Source: Candidatus Marinacidobacterium sp. | GTDB lineage: Bacteria; Acidobacteriota; Vicinamibacteria; Marinacidobacterales; Marinacidobacteraceae | DNA length: 64,000 bases | Assembly (NCBI GenBank): GCA_965220965.1 | Contig: OZ244852.1 | Span: forward strand, 1,760,001-1,824,000 | Direction of reading: 5' to 3' | Shown: positions 20,400-29,728 of the stretch, piece after piece | Layout: each line of letters starts with the position of its first letter | How positions within the stretch are numbered: the first letter of the stretch is position 1 | The notes under the pieces: generated by a model | Databases searched by the model: none | What the model was told of the DNA's origin: nothing | What the model saw: only the letters and a program-made list of their open reading frames with translations | Made by a program: the position numbers and the translations under genes

Positions 20400-21704
20400 A
20401 TGTTCGAGCCCGTCCCCGGAACTGTCCACGACCACCTGCGCAAACACCTCATCACCGACGGGCTCGACCTCGTCCTGGATCTCGAAGAGAGCCGAGGCGC
20501 CTGGCTCGCGTGCCAGAAGTCGGGGCGCCGCTTCCTCGACTGCTTCACCTACTACGCCTCGAACCCGCTGGGGCACAACCACCCGGGACTCCTCGAGCCC
20601 GATTTCCTCGACCGGATCGGGCGGGTCGCCATCCACAACCCGTCGAACTCGGACTTCTACACCGTCGAGATGGCGCATTTCGTGGATGTCTTCTCCCGGG
20701 TCGCCATCCCGAAAGAGCTGCCCCACGCCTTCTTCATCGCCGGCGGCTCGGTCGCGGTGGAGAACGCCCTCAAGGTCGCGTTCGACTGGAAGGTGCGCAA
20801 GAACCTGGCGGCGGGCCGGGGGGAGCTGGGCGGGAAGATCATCCACTTCCGCGAGGCGTTCCACGGGCGCACCGGCTACGCGCTCTCGATCACGAACACC
20901 GAGCCGATGAAGGTCGCCCACTTTCCGAAGTTCGACTGGCCGAGGATCGAGAACCCGCGGATCCGGTATCCGGAAGCCGGGCGCCTCGCCGAGACCGAGG
21001 CGGCGGAGGCGCGGGCGCTCCAGGCCATCGAGGCGGCGCTCGACGAGAACCCGCACGACATCGCCGGGCTCATCATCGAGCCGATCCAGGGCGAAGGAGG
21101 CGACCACCACTTCCGCGGCGAGTTCCTCGCGGCGCTCCGCCGCCTCGCGGACGAGCGCGAATTCCTGCTGATCTTCGACGAGGTCCAGACCGGGATGGGC
21201 GTCACCGGCCGGATGTGGTGCTACGAACACTTCGGCGTCGCCCCCGATGTGCTGGCCTTCGGCAAGAAGGCGGGCGTCTGCGGCGTCCTCGCCGGCCCCC
21301 GGGTGGACGAGGTCCCCGACAACGTGTTCCGGATGTCGTCGCGGATCAACTCGACGTTCGGCGGAAGCCTGGTCGACATGGTGCGCTGCGGCCGGATCCT
21401 CGAGATCATGGAGCGGGACGACCTGATCGGGAACGCCGGGCGCGTGGGCGAGGCCCTGTTCGCCGGACTCCGCGAGCTGGCCTCGGAGGACGACCGCGTC
21501 ACGAATGTGCGCGGACGCGGTCTGCTGTGCGCCTTCGACCTGCCGGACGAGGAGGCGCGGGACGGCTTCCTGAAGCGCTCCTACGCGAACGACCTGCTGA
21601 TCCTGGGCTGCGGGCGGAGGACGGTCCGGTTCCGGCCCAGCCTGGCGTTCACCGAAGAGGAAACGGACCTGGCGCTGACGCTCGTCCGGAAGTCGCTGGC
21701 GTAG
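20400..21704 (+). CDS. lat: L-lysine 6-transaminase (class III aminotransferase)
   Basis: LDL..S.G, FLD.F..YAS..LG.NHP, AVENALK.AFDWK, AFHGRTGY, PKFDWP, EPIQGEGGD, DEVQTG, FGKK, RINSTFGG. Confidence 0.92.
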   Translation: MFEPVPGTVHDHLRKHLITDGLDLVLDLEESRGAWLACQKSGRRFLDCFTYYASNPLGHNHPGLLEPDFLDRIGRVAIHNPSNSDFYTVEMAHFVDVFSRVAIPKELPHAFFIAGGSVAVENALKVAFDWKVRKNLAAGRGELGGKIIHFREAFHGRTGYALSITNTEPMKVAHFPKFDWPRIENPRIRYPEAGRLAETEAAEARALQAIEAALDENPHDIAGLIIEPIQGEGGDHHFRGEFLAALRRLADEREFLLIFDEVQTGMGVTGRMWCYEHFGVAPDVLAFGKKAGVCGVLAGPRVDEVPDNVFRMSSRINSTFGGSLVDMVRCGRILEIMERDDLIGNAGRVGEALFAGLRELASEDDRVTNVRGRGLLCAFDLPDEEARDGFLKRSYANDLLILGCGRRTVRFRPSLAFTEEETDLALTLVRKSLA

Positions 21705-21710
21705 CTGGAC

Positions 21711-22052
21711 TCAGGCGTTCGGTTCCGGGCCGTTTGATGAAGCCGGGACGAGCACGTAGCGGTCCCGCTCCATCGCCTCGTGGAAGGACGGCGGGACACG
21801 CGCCCAGTCGTGCGCCTGGACGAAGAACGGGATCGTGGAATCGTGGAACTCGTCGTGAAGGCGCTGCAGGGCGTCGAGGGCGATCGGGCGGAGCGCCGGA
21901 CCGCGAAGGACGAGGTCGAGGTCGCTTCCCTGGTGGCTCCGGCCGGTGACGCGGCTTCCATAGGCCCACACCTCGACTCCCGGCAGGTTCTCCCGCAGGA
22001 TCTCGAGGACCCGCGCCCGGTGGCGGGGCAGCAGGTGAAGGCGGTCGGTCAC
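21711..22052 (-). CDS. Minimal nucleotidyltransferase (MNT) antitoxin
   Basis: YGSRVTGRSHQGSDLD = GSX10DXD; GTG start overlaps HEPN stop (GTGA). Confidence 0.88.
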   Translation of the reverse strand: MTDRLHLLPRHRARVLEILRENLPGVEVWAYGSRVTGRSHQGSDLDLVLRGPALRPIALDALQRLHDEFHDSTIPFFVQAHDWARVPPSFHEAMERDRYVLVPASSNGPEPNA

Positions 22053-22495
22053 GGCGAAGCGCTCAGCACGCCCTGAAGCGCCCGGGCGTCCGCGAGAAAC
22101 CGGGGCAGGCGCCGGATCGCCCACTCCGGGTAGACCTCTCCGTAATCGTGGGCGGTCGTGTCGAGGAGATCCCGGTACTCCAGCCAGCGTTCGCAGGCCC
22201 CCGCGTCAAGAACCAGGAACTGCGCCGCGGCGCGGAAGACATCCCGGAAGCTGAGCCGCTCCGCCTCGCCGTCCGAGGAGAACCACGCGCGCATGTGCTT
22301 CCGCAGCAGCATCCCCGAGAGCTCCAGGATCACTTCGAAGAGCCTGGTCGCCGCGGCCCGGTAGATGCGGTGGGCCATCTCACCGGGCTGGTGGTCAGCG
22401 AGCCCGGCGAGCGTCGCGTCCAGCTCATCGAGACGCCGCGTGAGGTGTTCCGTGGCGAGCGGAGGGCCAGCGGACGGCGGTTTCGCAGGGGACAC
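22049..22495 (-). CDS. HI0074-family HEPN protein (RX4H motif degenerate)
   Basis: YRAA...FE..LE.SG.LLRK, FRDVFR.AA, W.EYRD..D.TAHDYGE. Confidence 0.85.
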   Translation of the reverse strand: MSPAKPPSAGPPLATEHLTRRLDELDATLAGLADHQPGEMAHRIYRAAATRLFEVILELSGMLLRKHMRAWFSSDGEAERLSFRDVFRAAAQFLVLDAGACERWLEYRDLLDTTAHDYGEVYPEWAIRRLPRFLADARALQGVLSASP

Positions 22496-22635
22496 GGCGT
22501 GACGCCTCGCGCACAGCGTAGCGACAGCGACCAGGAATCTGTGGGGATCCGTTCGCCGGTTGCCGGAAGGGCTGCAAGTCTGGTAGAAAGATGGGTTCCG
22601 CTACCACACATTCCGCCCAGCAGGAGGCCTTCTTC

Positions 22636-24297
22636 GTGACGAAACTTCGGATCCGGTGTATCGGGGCTGCGACCGGCGTAGCCCTCGCCCTCGCAGCCGT
22701 CCCCGCGCTCGCCCAGTCGAGCGGACTCGGAACGGTCTCGTTCCCCAATTCGGGCGCTGAAGAGGCGCAGGCCGACTTCCTCGACGGGGTCCGCCTGCTC
22801 CACAGCTTCGAGTGGGAAGACGCCGCCGAGGCCTTCCAGCGCGCCCAGGCGATCGACCCCGACTTCGCGCTCGCCTACTGGGGCGAGGCGCTGAGCCACA
22901 CCGGCGGCCACCACTACCCGCCAGGCCAGGACATGTCGAAAGCCCGCGAGGCCCTGCTGAAGCTGGGCCAGACCCGCGCCGAGCGGGTCGCCAAGGCGCC
23001 CACCGACCGCGAGAAGCAGTACCTCGAGTCGGTCCACATCCTCTACGGCCCCGGCGACCTCCTCGAGCGGTCGGAAGGCTACGAGGCCGCGCTCGCGAAG
23101 CTCTCGGCCGACTACCCCGAGGACCTCGAGGCCGCCGCGTTCCATTCGCTGGCGCTCATGCGGACGAAGGTCCGCGGTCCGGAGAGCCGGCGGGTCGACA
23201 TGCGCGCCGGCGCCATCGCGCAGATGGTGTTCCGGGCCAACCCGGATCATCCGGGCGCGGCGCACTACGTGATCCACGCCTACGACGATCCGGTGCACGC
23301 CCCGATCGCCCTCTACGCGGCGCGGAAGTACTCCGACATCGCCCCGGCGGCGGTCCACGCGCTCCACATGCCCTCCCACATCTTCGTGCAGCACGGCATG
23401 TGGGACCACGTGCGGGAACTGAACGACCGGTCGTTCCAGGCTTCGGTGGACCGCGCCGAGCGCAAGGGGCTGTCCCCGATGCGCCGCTCGTACCACGCGC
23501 TCTACTGGATGCTCTACGCCTACCTGCAGGAGGGCCGCTACGACGAAGGACAGGAGGTCCTCGACGAGCTGAACGCCGTCGTGCAGAGCGACGAGACGCT
23601 CCGCTCGGTCCGCGAGACCTGGATGCGGATGGACGCGCTGAACACCGTCGAGACCCGGCGGTGGAAGCCGGCGCCGGTCGACGAGCTGGTCGCCGGACTC
23701 TCGGCCGAGGAGCCCTCGGTGGGGCACCGGACCGCGGGCGCGATGATCTACGCCCGCGGATCGAGCGCCGCCGCGACCGGCGACGTCGAGACCGCCGAGA
23801 AGGCCGCGAAGGGGCTCATGGAGCTCCACGAGATGCTCGCCGGCATGGAGAACCCCCGGGGCGCCGAGCAGGCGCTGGTGATGGCCCACGAGATGGCGGG
23901 CCTGCTGGCGCAGGCGCGCGGCGACCGCGACGGCGCGATCGCCGAGTTCCGCAAGGCGGTCGAGGTGGCCGAGAGCATGGAGCCGCCCTCGGGTCCTCCG
24001 GGCGAGTCTCCGATCGACTCCCCCATCCAGCCGGCGCACGAACTGCTGGGCGAGGCGCTGCTCGACGCCGGGGACGCGGAAGAGGCCCTTTCGGTCTTCG
24101 AGATGTCGCTGATGCGCACGGCGGGGCGTCCGCACTCGCTCTACGGGGCCGCCCGGGCGGCTTCCGCGGCCGGGAACGAGGACCTGGCGCGCGAGTACTA
24201 CGAGGACCTCGTCTCGATCCCGTACCGGGGACCGGACCTGCCGGGACTCGCCGACGCGCTGGAGGCCGTGCCGGCCGACGCGACCGAGCAGAACTAG
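22636..24297 (+). CDS. Secreted TPR-like protein with His-rich conserved core
   Basis: GTG with AGGAGG SD; signal peptide; LHSF.W..A..F..A..IDP.FALAYWG, HPGAAHYVIHAYD, HALHMPSHIF. Confidence 0.8.
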   Translation: MTKLRIRCIGAATGVALALAAVPALAQSSGLGTVSFPNSGAEEAQADFLDGVRLLHSFEWEDAAEAFQRAQAIDPDFALAYWGEALSHTGGHHYPPGQDMSKAREALLKLGQTRAERVAKAPTDREKQYLESVHILYGPGDLLERSEGYEAALAKLSADYPEDLEAAAFHSLALMRTKVRGPESRRVDMRAGAIAQMVFRANPDHPGAAHYVIHAYDDPVHAPIALYAARKYSDIAPAAVHALHMPSHIFVQHGMWDHVRELNDRSFQASVDRAERKGLSPMRRSYHALYWMLYAYLQEGRYDEGQEVLDELNAVVQSDETLRSVRETWMRMDALNTVETRRWKPAPVDELVAGLSAEEPSVGHRTAGAMIYARGSSAAATGDVETAEKAAKGLMELHEMLAGMENPRGAEQALVMAHEMAGLLAQARGDRDGAIAEFRKAVEVAESMEPPSGPPGESPIDSPIQPAHELLGEALLDAGDAEEALSVFEMSLMRTAGRPHSLYGAARAASAAGNEDLAREYYEDLVSIPYRGPDLPGLADALEAVPADATEQN

Positions 24298-24312
24298 TCC
24301 CCCTCCCCCGAA

Positions 24313-24341
24313 CGGGCGCCGGACCACCGGTCCGGCGCCCG
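24313..24341. terminator. Perfect 13-bp hairpin between convergent genes
   Basis: cgggcgccggacc-acc-ggtccggcgcccg. Confidence 0.6.
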
Positions 24342-24363
24342 GGGGCGCGCCCCCGCGCCGCCG

Positions 24364-25050
24364 CTACTCGTCCGACAGCAGGCCGGAGCGCATCAGGTAG
24401 TAGAGCAGCGTGAGGATGCCGGTGAGCGCCGCCGCGACATAGGTCATCGCGGCCGCGGTGAGCACCCGCTGGACGCCCTGGCGCTCATCCGGCGAGATCA
24501 GCGCCGTCTCCCAGACGAGCGCCTTGGCGCGCCGCGAGGCGTTCAGCTCCACCGGCAGCGTGACGACCTGGAACAGCACGACGAGCGAGAACAGGAGGAC
24601 GCCGAGCTGGACGAGCCCGAGGGCCCCGAACATGAGGCCGCCGAACAGGATGATCCAGGAGGCGCTCGAGGCGAAGGACGCCGGACGGGCGAGCATCTGC
24701 CGGATCAACAGCGGCTGGTAGCCGCCGTGGTGCTGGAGGGCGTGGCCAACCTCGTGGGCCGCCACCGCGACCGCTCCCACCGTCCGGCCGTGATAGACCT
24801 CGGGTGAGAGCCGGAGCGCCCGCACCCTCGGGTCGTAGTGGTCCGAGAGCGACCCGGGGTGCTCCTCGACCGGGATGTTCACCCCCTGCTGGCGCAGCAG
24901 GGCCTCCGCGGCCTCCCGGCCGCTGCGGCGGCTGCTCACCGGGACCTGGTTGTAGCGGTTGAAGGTCCGCTTCACCTTGAAGGTGGCCCAGAGCGTGAGG
25001 GCCAGACCGGGGGCGAGGATGATGAAGTAGAGGGGGTCGAAGAAGAACAT
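24364..25050 (-). CDS. Membrane zinc metallopeptidase (YugP / Zn_peptidase_2)
   Basis: LSDHYDP, VAAHEVGHALQ (HExxH), TLPVE.NAS.RA, L.AAA.TYVA. Confidence 0.92.
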   Translation of the reverse strand: MFFFDPLYFIILAPGLALTLWATFKVKRTFNRYNQVPVSSRRSGREAAEALLRQQGVNIPVEEHPGSLSDHYDPRVRALRLSPEVYHGRTVGAVAVAAHEVGHALQHHGGYQPLLIRQMLARPASFASSASWIILFGGLMFGALGLVQLGVLLFSLVVLFQVVTLPVELNASRRAKALVWETALISPDERQGVQRVLTAAAMTYVAAALTGILTLLYYLMRSGLLSDE

Positions 25051-25104
25051 GGCTCCCGTCGTCGCGATGAAGGCGCGTCAGATCCTGCAGGTATAACTCA
25101 GCGG

Positions 25105-26409
25105 ATGGACGAATTGTTTCCCGGCGGAACGCCCGGTCAAGCCGACGCGGCCGCTTCCCGGCCCCACGGAAGCCCGACAGGGATCGACGGCGAACGGCTG
25201 AAGGGCTCGCTGGTCCGGCTCTCGCGGTTCGGCGCGCACCCGGAGGGAGGGGCGAACCGGCTGGCCTTCTCGGAGGCCGACCTCGCCGCCCGGGCGTGGC
25301 TCATCTCCGAAATGGAGAGCGCCGGCCTCCGCGTCCGGACCGACGCCGCCGGCAACGTGTTCGGGCGGCGGGAGGGCCGCGAGCCGCTCCCGGTGATCCT
25401 CTTCGGGTCCCACCTCGACACCGTGCCGCGCGGCGGGCACTACGATGGGACGCTCGGCGTCCTCGGCGCGCTCGAGGTGCTGCGGTCGCTCGGCGAGGCG
25501 GGAGCGGAGACCCGCCATCCGCTCGAGATGGTCGTGTGGTGCGACGAGGAGGGCGCCCACTTCGGGAACGGGCTGTTCGGGAGCCGGGCCGCGACCTCGG
25601 GCGCTCCCGAGGCCGAACTCCACCGGACCGACGCCGAGGGGGCGAGCCTCGCCGACTGGATGGTCCGCTACCGGCTCGCCCCGAGGCGCCTGGGCGACGC
25701 CCTTCTCGACCCCCGGGGAGTGCGGGCAGTCGTCGAACTCCACGTGGAGCAGGGAGGACGGCTGGAGCGGGGGGAGGCGCGGATCGGCGTGGTGGACGGG
25801 ATCGTGGGGATCCACCGGTTCGAGGCGCGGGTGGACGGGGTCCAGAACCACGCCGGGACGACCCCGATGGCGGAGCGCCGGGACGCGCTGCTCACCGCGG
25901 CGCGGCTCATCGTGGCGGCGCACGAGGAGATCCGGCGCCTCCCCGGGGACCAGGTGGGGAACGTGGGGCAGGTCTCGGTGAGCCCCGACGCCGCGAACGT
26001 CGTGCCGGGTCTCGTCCGGTTCCCCATCGAGCTCCGCGACCTGGATCACGCGGTGGTGGACGGGATCGTGGGGCGGATCCGCGAACGCGGGGCGGCGCTC
26101 TTCCGGGAGACCGGCTGCGCGGTGGAGATCACCCGGACGCTGGAGGAGCCGGCGGCGTGGATGGACCCGGGGCTGCGCGAGATCGCGGCGCGGCAGGCGC
26201 GGGCGATGGGGCACGAGCCGGTCTCGCTGCCCAGCCGCGCGGGCCACGACGCGCAGAACACCGCGCGCCACGGGATCCCGACCGCGATGGTGTTCGTTCC
26301 GAGCCGGGACGGCGTCAGCCACGCGCCGGAGGAATGGACCTCGTGGGAGGACTGCGCCCTCGGCGCCGACCTGCTGCGGCGGGTCGTGCTGGCGATCGAC
26401 CGGGGGTAG
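25105..26409 (+). CDS. M20 Zn-hydrolase (allantoate amidohydrolase/carbamoylase family)
   Basis: GSHLDTV..GG.YDG.LGV, DEEG, ELHVEQG, NHAGTTPM, AGHDA, SH.PEE. Confidence 0.92.
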   Translation: MDELFPGGTPGQADAAASRPHGSPTGIDGERLKGSLVRLSRFGAHPEGGANRLAFSEADLAARAWLISEMESAGLRVRTDAAGNVFGRREGREPLPVILFGSHLDTVPRGGHYDGTLGVLGALEVLRSLGEAGAETRHPLEMVVWCDEEGAHFGNGLFGSRAATSGAPEAELHRTDAEGASLADWMVRYRLAPRRLGDALLDPRGVRAVVELHVEQGGRLERGEARIGVVDGIVGIHRFEARVDGVQNHAGTTPMAERRDALLTAARLIVAAHEEIRRLPGDQVGNVGQVSVSPDAANVVPGLVRFPIELRDLDHAVVDGIVGRIRERGAALFRETGCAVEITRTLEEPAAWMDPGLREIAARQARAMGHEPVSLPSRAGHDAQNTARHGIPTAMVFVPSRDGVSHAPEEWTSWEDCALGADLLRRVVLAIDRG

Positions 26410-26432
26410 CCGCCAAGGACGGAACCGGGCCG

Positions 26433-26487
26433 GACCGGAAGTCCCCGACCGGAGTCCCCCGACCGGAGGTCCCCCGACCGGAGGTCC
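26433..26487. repeat. Short tandem repeat, 4 x 14-15 bp
   Basis: gaccggaagtcccc / gaccggagtccccc / gaccggaggtccccc / gaccggaggtcc. Confidence 0.8.
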
Positions 26488-26489
26488 GG

Positions 26490-27563
26490 TCAGCCTCCCG
26501 GGTCCGCCTCGATCGGCGTCGAGAGCGTTCCGATCCCCTCGATCTCGATGTGGACCGTCTGGCCGGGGCTCAGGAACTCGGGAGGGGTCCGGGCCGACCC
26601 CACCCCGTCGGGCGTCCCGGTGGCGATCACGTCGCCGGGATGGAGGGTCATGATCTCGCTGGCGTAGGAGACCAGGTGCGCCGCCGACCAGATCATGTCG
26701 ACGGTGGAGCCGTCCTGGACCACCCGGTCGTCGATCCGGGTCCGGATCGCGAGCGCCTGCGGGTCGGGCAGGAAGGCGCGCGGGGTCACGAACGGTCCCA
26801 TCGGGGCGGCGCGGTCGCCGCTCTTGCCGGAGAACCAGTCGGGTCCGGGGAACATCGGGTCGCCCCGGAACCGGCCCCCGCGGTCGCTCACGTCAAAGAC
26901 CACCGTGTAGCCGAACACGTGGTCGAGGGCTTCCTCCAGAGACACCCGGTAGGCCGTCTTTCCGATCACCACGCCGAGCTCGCCCTCCCAGTCGATCCGT
27001 TCGCGCCCCGGCGGGATCCGGTAGGCCTCGCCGGGGCCGATGATCGAGGAGCGGGGCGACTTGGCGAACAGGTAGGGGAAGTCGCGGTCGGGGTCGATGT
27101 CCCGCTGGACGTCCATCTCGGCGGCGTGCGAGCGGTAGTTGGCGGCGGCCGCCAGCAGGTTCGCCGGGTAGAGCAGCGGCGCGGCGAGGCGGTGGGGTTC
27201 GACCCGGAACCGGAGGCCGGCCTCCCGTCCGTCCAGATGATTCGCGATCCGGTTCAGCCGCTGAACCGCCTCCTCGCCGGCGGCGATGACCCCGATGGCG
27301 CCCGACCCGAACCCGAAGGGCGCCATGCCGGTCTCTCCCGCCACCAGGGCGTCGGCGGCCTCGAGGTCGAGGATCTCCTCTCCGACGACGATCGCCGGCC
27401 GGGGCGCGCCGTCGCCGGCGTCGGAGGCCCGGTAGGTCGCGAGCCGCCAGGGGGTCTCCGGGTCGGCCGACGGGACGGGCCCGGCGGCGGGCGGCCCGCA
27501 GGCCGCGAGCGCGACCAGCGCAGCGAGACAGAACACCAGGGTGATTTCGGATCGGGACCGCAT
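26490..27563 (-). CDS. Fumarylacetoacetate hydrolase family protein with lipoprotein signal
   Basis: LAAC lipobox; ANYRSHA.E, DWEGELGVVIG, DVSDR, GKS.D..PMGP, L.PGDVIATGTP.GVG. Confidence 0.9.
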   Translation of the reverse strand: MRSRSEITLVFCLAALVALAACGPPAAGPVPSADPETPWRLATYRASDAGDGAPRPAIVVGEEILDLEAADALVAGETGMAPFGFGSGAIGVIAAGEEAVQRLNRIANHLDGREAGLRFRVEPHRLAAPLLYPANLLAAAANYRSHAAEMDVQRDIDPDRDFPYLFAKSPRSSIIGPGEAYRIPPGRERIDWEGELGVVIGKTAYRVSLEEALDHVFGYTVVFDVSDRGGRFRGDPMFPGPDWFSGKSGDRAAPMGPFVTPRAFLPDPQALAIRTRIDDRVVQDGSTVDMIWSAAHLVSYASEIMTLHPGDVIATGTPDGVGSARTPPEFLSPGQTVHIEIEGIGTLSTPIEADPGG

Positions 27564-27635
27564 GGCGGATAGCCTACGGGATCCCTTCGCATTCCGCCCC
27601 GGCCTCGGCCGAAGCGCATCCATGGGAGTCAGTTC

Positions 27636-28022
27636 ATGCGCCTCCTCCTCGTCCTCCTGATCGGCCTCGTCGTGGGCGCCGCGTTCGGCGCCCGCCTCGG
27701 CAGCGGCCAGGAGACCCCCGAACGGACCCGCCGGATCCCGCAGTTCGAGAACGAGCATCTCCGGGTCTGGAAGACCATCATCCTGCCGAACCAGCCGCTC
27801 TCGATGCACCGGCACGAGAACGGACGGGCCGTCGTCGCGCTCAAGGGCGGGACTCTGCACGTCGTCTACGAGGACGGCCGGGAGAAGGAGATGGTGTGGG
27901 AGTCCGGCAGCGCCTACTGGCTCGACAGGGATCCGCCGGGCGAACTCCACGGCGACGTGAACCGGGGCGACGAGCCCATCGAGGTCATCGTGGTCGAGCT
28001 GCAGTCGCAGCCCGGCGGCTGA
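27636..28022 (+). CDS. Secreted cupin-domain protein
   Basis: FENE..RVW...I.P.....MHRH, LH.D.N.G..PIEV..VEL; N-terminal hydrophobic segment. Confidence 0.8.
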   Translation: MRLLLVLLIGLVVGAAFGARLGSGQETPERTRRIPQFENEHLRVWKTIILPNQPLSMHRHENGRAVVALKGGTLHVVYEDGREKEMVWESGSAYWLDRDPPGELHGDVNRGDEPIEVIVVELQSQPGG

Positions 28023-28045
28023 GCGGACGGGCCCCTCGGCCCCTC

Positions 28046-29728
28046 TCAGCGGGGGCGCCGGACCGCGGTCCGGGCGTCGGGAGCGGGCGCCGCATGGGTC
28101 GTGGTCGTCCCGTCGGGCCAGCGGACGCTGAGCCCGGTCGGGACCGCGCCCTCCGGCACCCCGAAATGGGCGATGGGTTCGCTCGCCGAGAGGTAGCCCG
28201 CTTCCGGGTTCAGCGCCCGGACGAGGGTCCGCGATTCCCCCCGGGCCGTCAACTCGAGCAGGACGACCGCGCCCGGCGCGGAACGGCCCCGGTCGAGGGG
28301 TTCCACGATGAGCCACGAACCGCGCCGGGGCGTGCGGTTCTCAAAGAGACGAACCGGGCCTCCCACTTCGGTCGCGACGAGGTCGAGGTCGCCGTCGCCG
28401 TCGAGGTCGCCGGTGAGGAGGCTGCGGCCGACGACCGCGCTCGTGGTGAGGCCCTCGATATCGACCGACTCGAAACTCCCGGCGCCGTCGCCGAGGAAGG
28501 CCTGCGCCGGCTCGGCGTAGTCCGCGAGACCCGGTGAGAGGGCGACGCCGGCGTCGCGGGCCACCGCGCCGTTCAGCATGAGGAGATCGAGGTCGCCATC
28601 GAGCTCGATGTCGAGGAACCGGACCCCGAAACCGGTCCGGGGGAGGCTGGGCAGCGCGAGGCCGCTCGCCGGCGTCGCATCGAGGAACCCCATGCCGTCG
28701 TTCCGGTAGAGCGTGTTCGTCTGGGAGCGGAGGTGAGTCAGGAAGAGGTCCAGATCGGCGTCGCCGTCCACATCGCCGAGGACGACCCCCATTCCGGCCT
28801 CCGCCCTTCCCTGCCCGTTCAGCGCGGCGCCCAGGAAGAGCGCGGCGTCGGCGAACGTCCCGTCCGGCCGCTGCTCCCAGAGCAGGTTCGGCTCGCCGTC
28901 GTTCGCCACGTAGAAGTCGAGGCGCCCGTCGCCGGTGAAGTCGTGGCAGAGGACCCCGAGCGCCGGCCGGCGCTCGGCGAGGATCCCGGCGGCGCCGGAG
29001 ACATCCTCGAAGGTTCCGTCCCCGAGGTTCCGGTAGAGCGCGTCCCGCTCGTAGGGGAGGCTCTGCGGCGAGCAGAAGTCCGGCTCGCCGGCGGCGTTGA
29101 CGCACTCCTTCCCGTCCGGGTCCACCAGGTATCCCCCCACGTAGAGGTCCAGGTTCCCGTCGCCGTCGAAATCGCAGAAGGCCGAGGACGTGGACCAGCG
29201 GTCCCCCGCGAGGCCGGCGTCGGCCCGGACGAAGCGCCCGTCCTCGCCGAGATAGAGCCAGTCCTCGCCGTGGTTCGCCACGAAGACATCGGGGTCCCCG
29301 TCCCCGTCCGCATCCCCCACCGCGACCCCGACGCCGTAGCCGGCGTCGGCGAGCCCGCTCGCTTCGGTGGCGTCCCGCCAGGAACCGTCCGGCGCCTGCA
29401 GGAACAGCCGGTTCGCCGGCGCATCGGGGGCTGGTCCGCCCACCCGCTGGTGGGGAAGCGGCCCGGACTGGATCAGGTAGAGATCGAGCGCCCCATCGCC
29501 GTTGGCGTCGAAGAGCGCGGCCCCCGCCCCCATGATCGCGGCGACCGGATAGCCGGCCAGGTCTCCGGGATCGTGGACGAAACGAACCCCGGACTCCGCG
29601 GTGATGTCCTCGAAGACCGGTTGGGACTCCGCCCCCCGCCCCGTCAGGGCGGCCGACGCCGCGACGAGCGCGACCGCGATCCGAAGCGCCGGACCTGGCT
29701 GTGGCGCAGTCCTCGGCGCGGCCCTCAT
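28046..29728 (-). CDS. CRTAC1-family protein (FG-GAP/VCBS repeats + ASPIC/UnbV)
   Basis: Repeated D.DGDG.LDLY motifs, LYRN.G.G.F.D, GMGV..GD.DGD, C-terminal GYLS..E...HFG and VRWPDG. Confidence 0.92.
   Translation of the reverse strand: MRAAPRTAPQPGPALRIAVALVAASAALTGRGAESQPVFEDITAESGVRFVHDPGDLAGYPVAAIMGAGAALFDANGDGALDLYLIQSGPLPHQRVGGPAPDAPANRLFLQAPDGSWRDATEASGLADAGYGVGVAVGDADGDGDPDVFVANHGEDWLYLGEDGRFVRADAGLAGDRWSTSSAFCDFDGDGNLDLYVGGYLVDPDGKECVNAAGEPDFCSPQSLPYERDALYRNLGDGTFEDVSGAAGILAERRPALGVLCHDFTGDGRLDFYVANDGEPNLLWEQRPDGTFADAALFLGAALNGQGRAEAGMGVVLGDVDGDADLDLFLTHLRSQTNTLYRNDGMGFLDATPASGLALPSLPRTGFGVRFLDIELDGDLDLLMLNGAVARDAGVALSPGLADYAEPAQAFLGDGAGSFESVDIEGLTTSAVVGRSLLTGDLDGDGDLDLVATEVGGPVRLFENRTPRRGSWLIVEPLDRGRSAPGAVVLLELTARGESRTLVRALNPEAGYLSASEPIAHFGVPEGAVPTGLSVRWPDGTTTTHAAPAPDARTAVRRPR

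Noticed and set aside
26433-26487. Possible mini-CRISPR array
   Set aside because: Units are only 14-15 bp, contiguous, with no spacers and no cas genes
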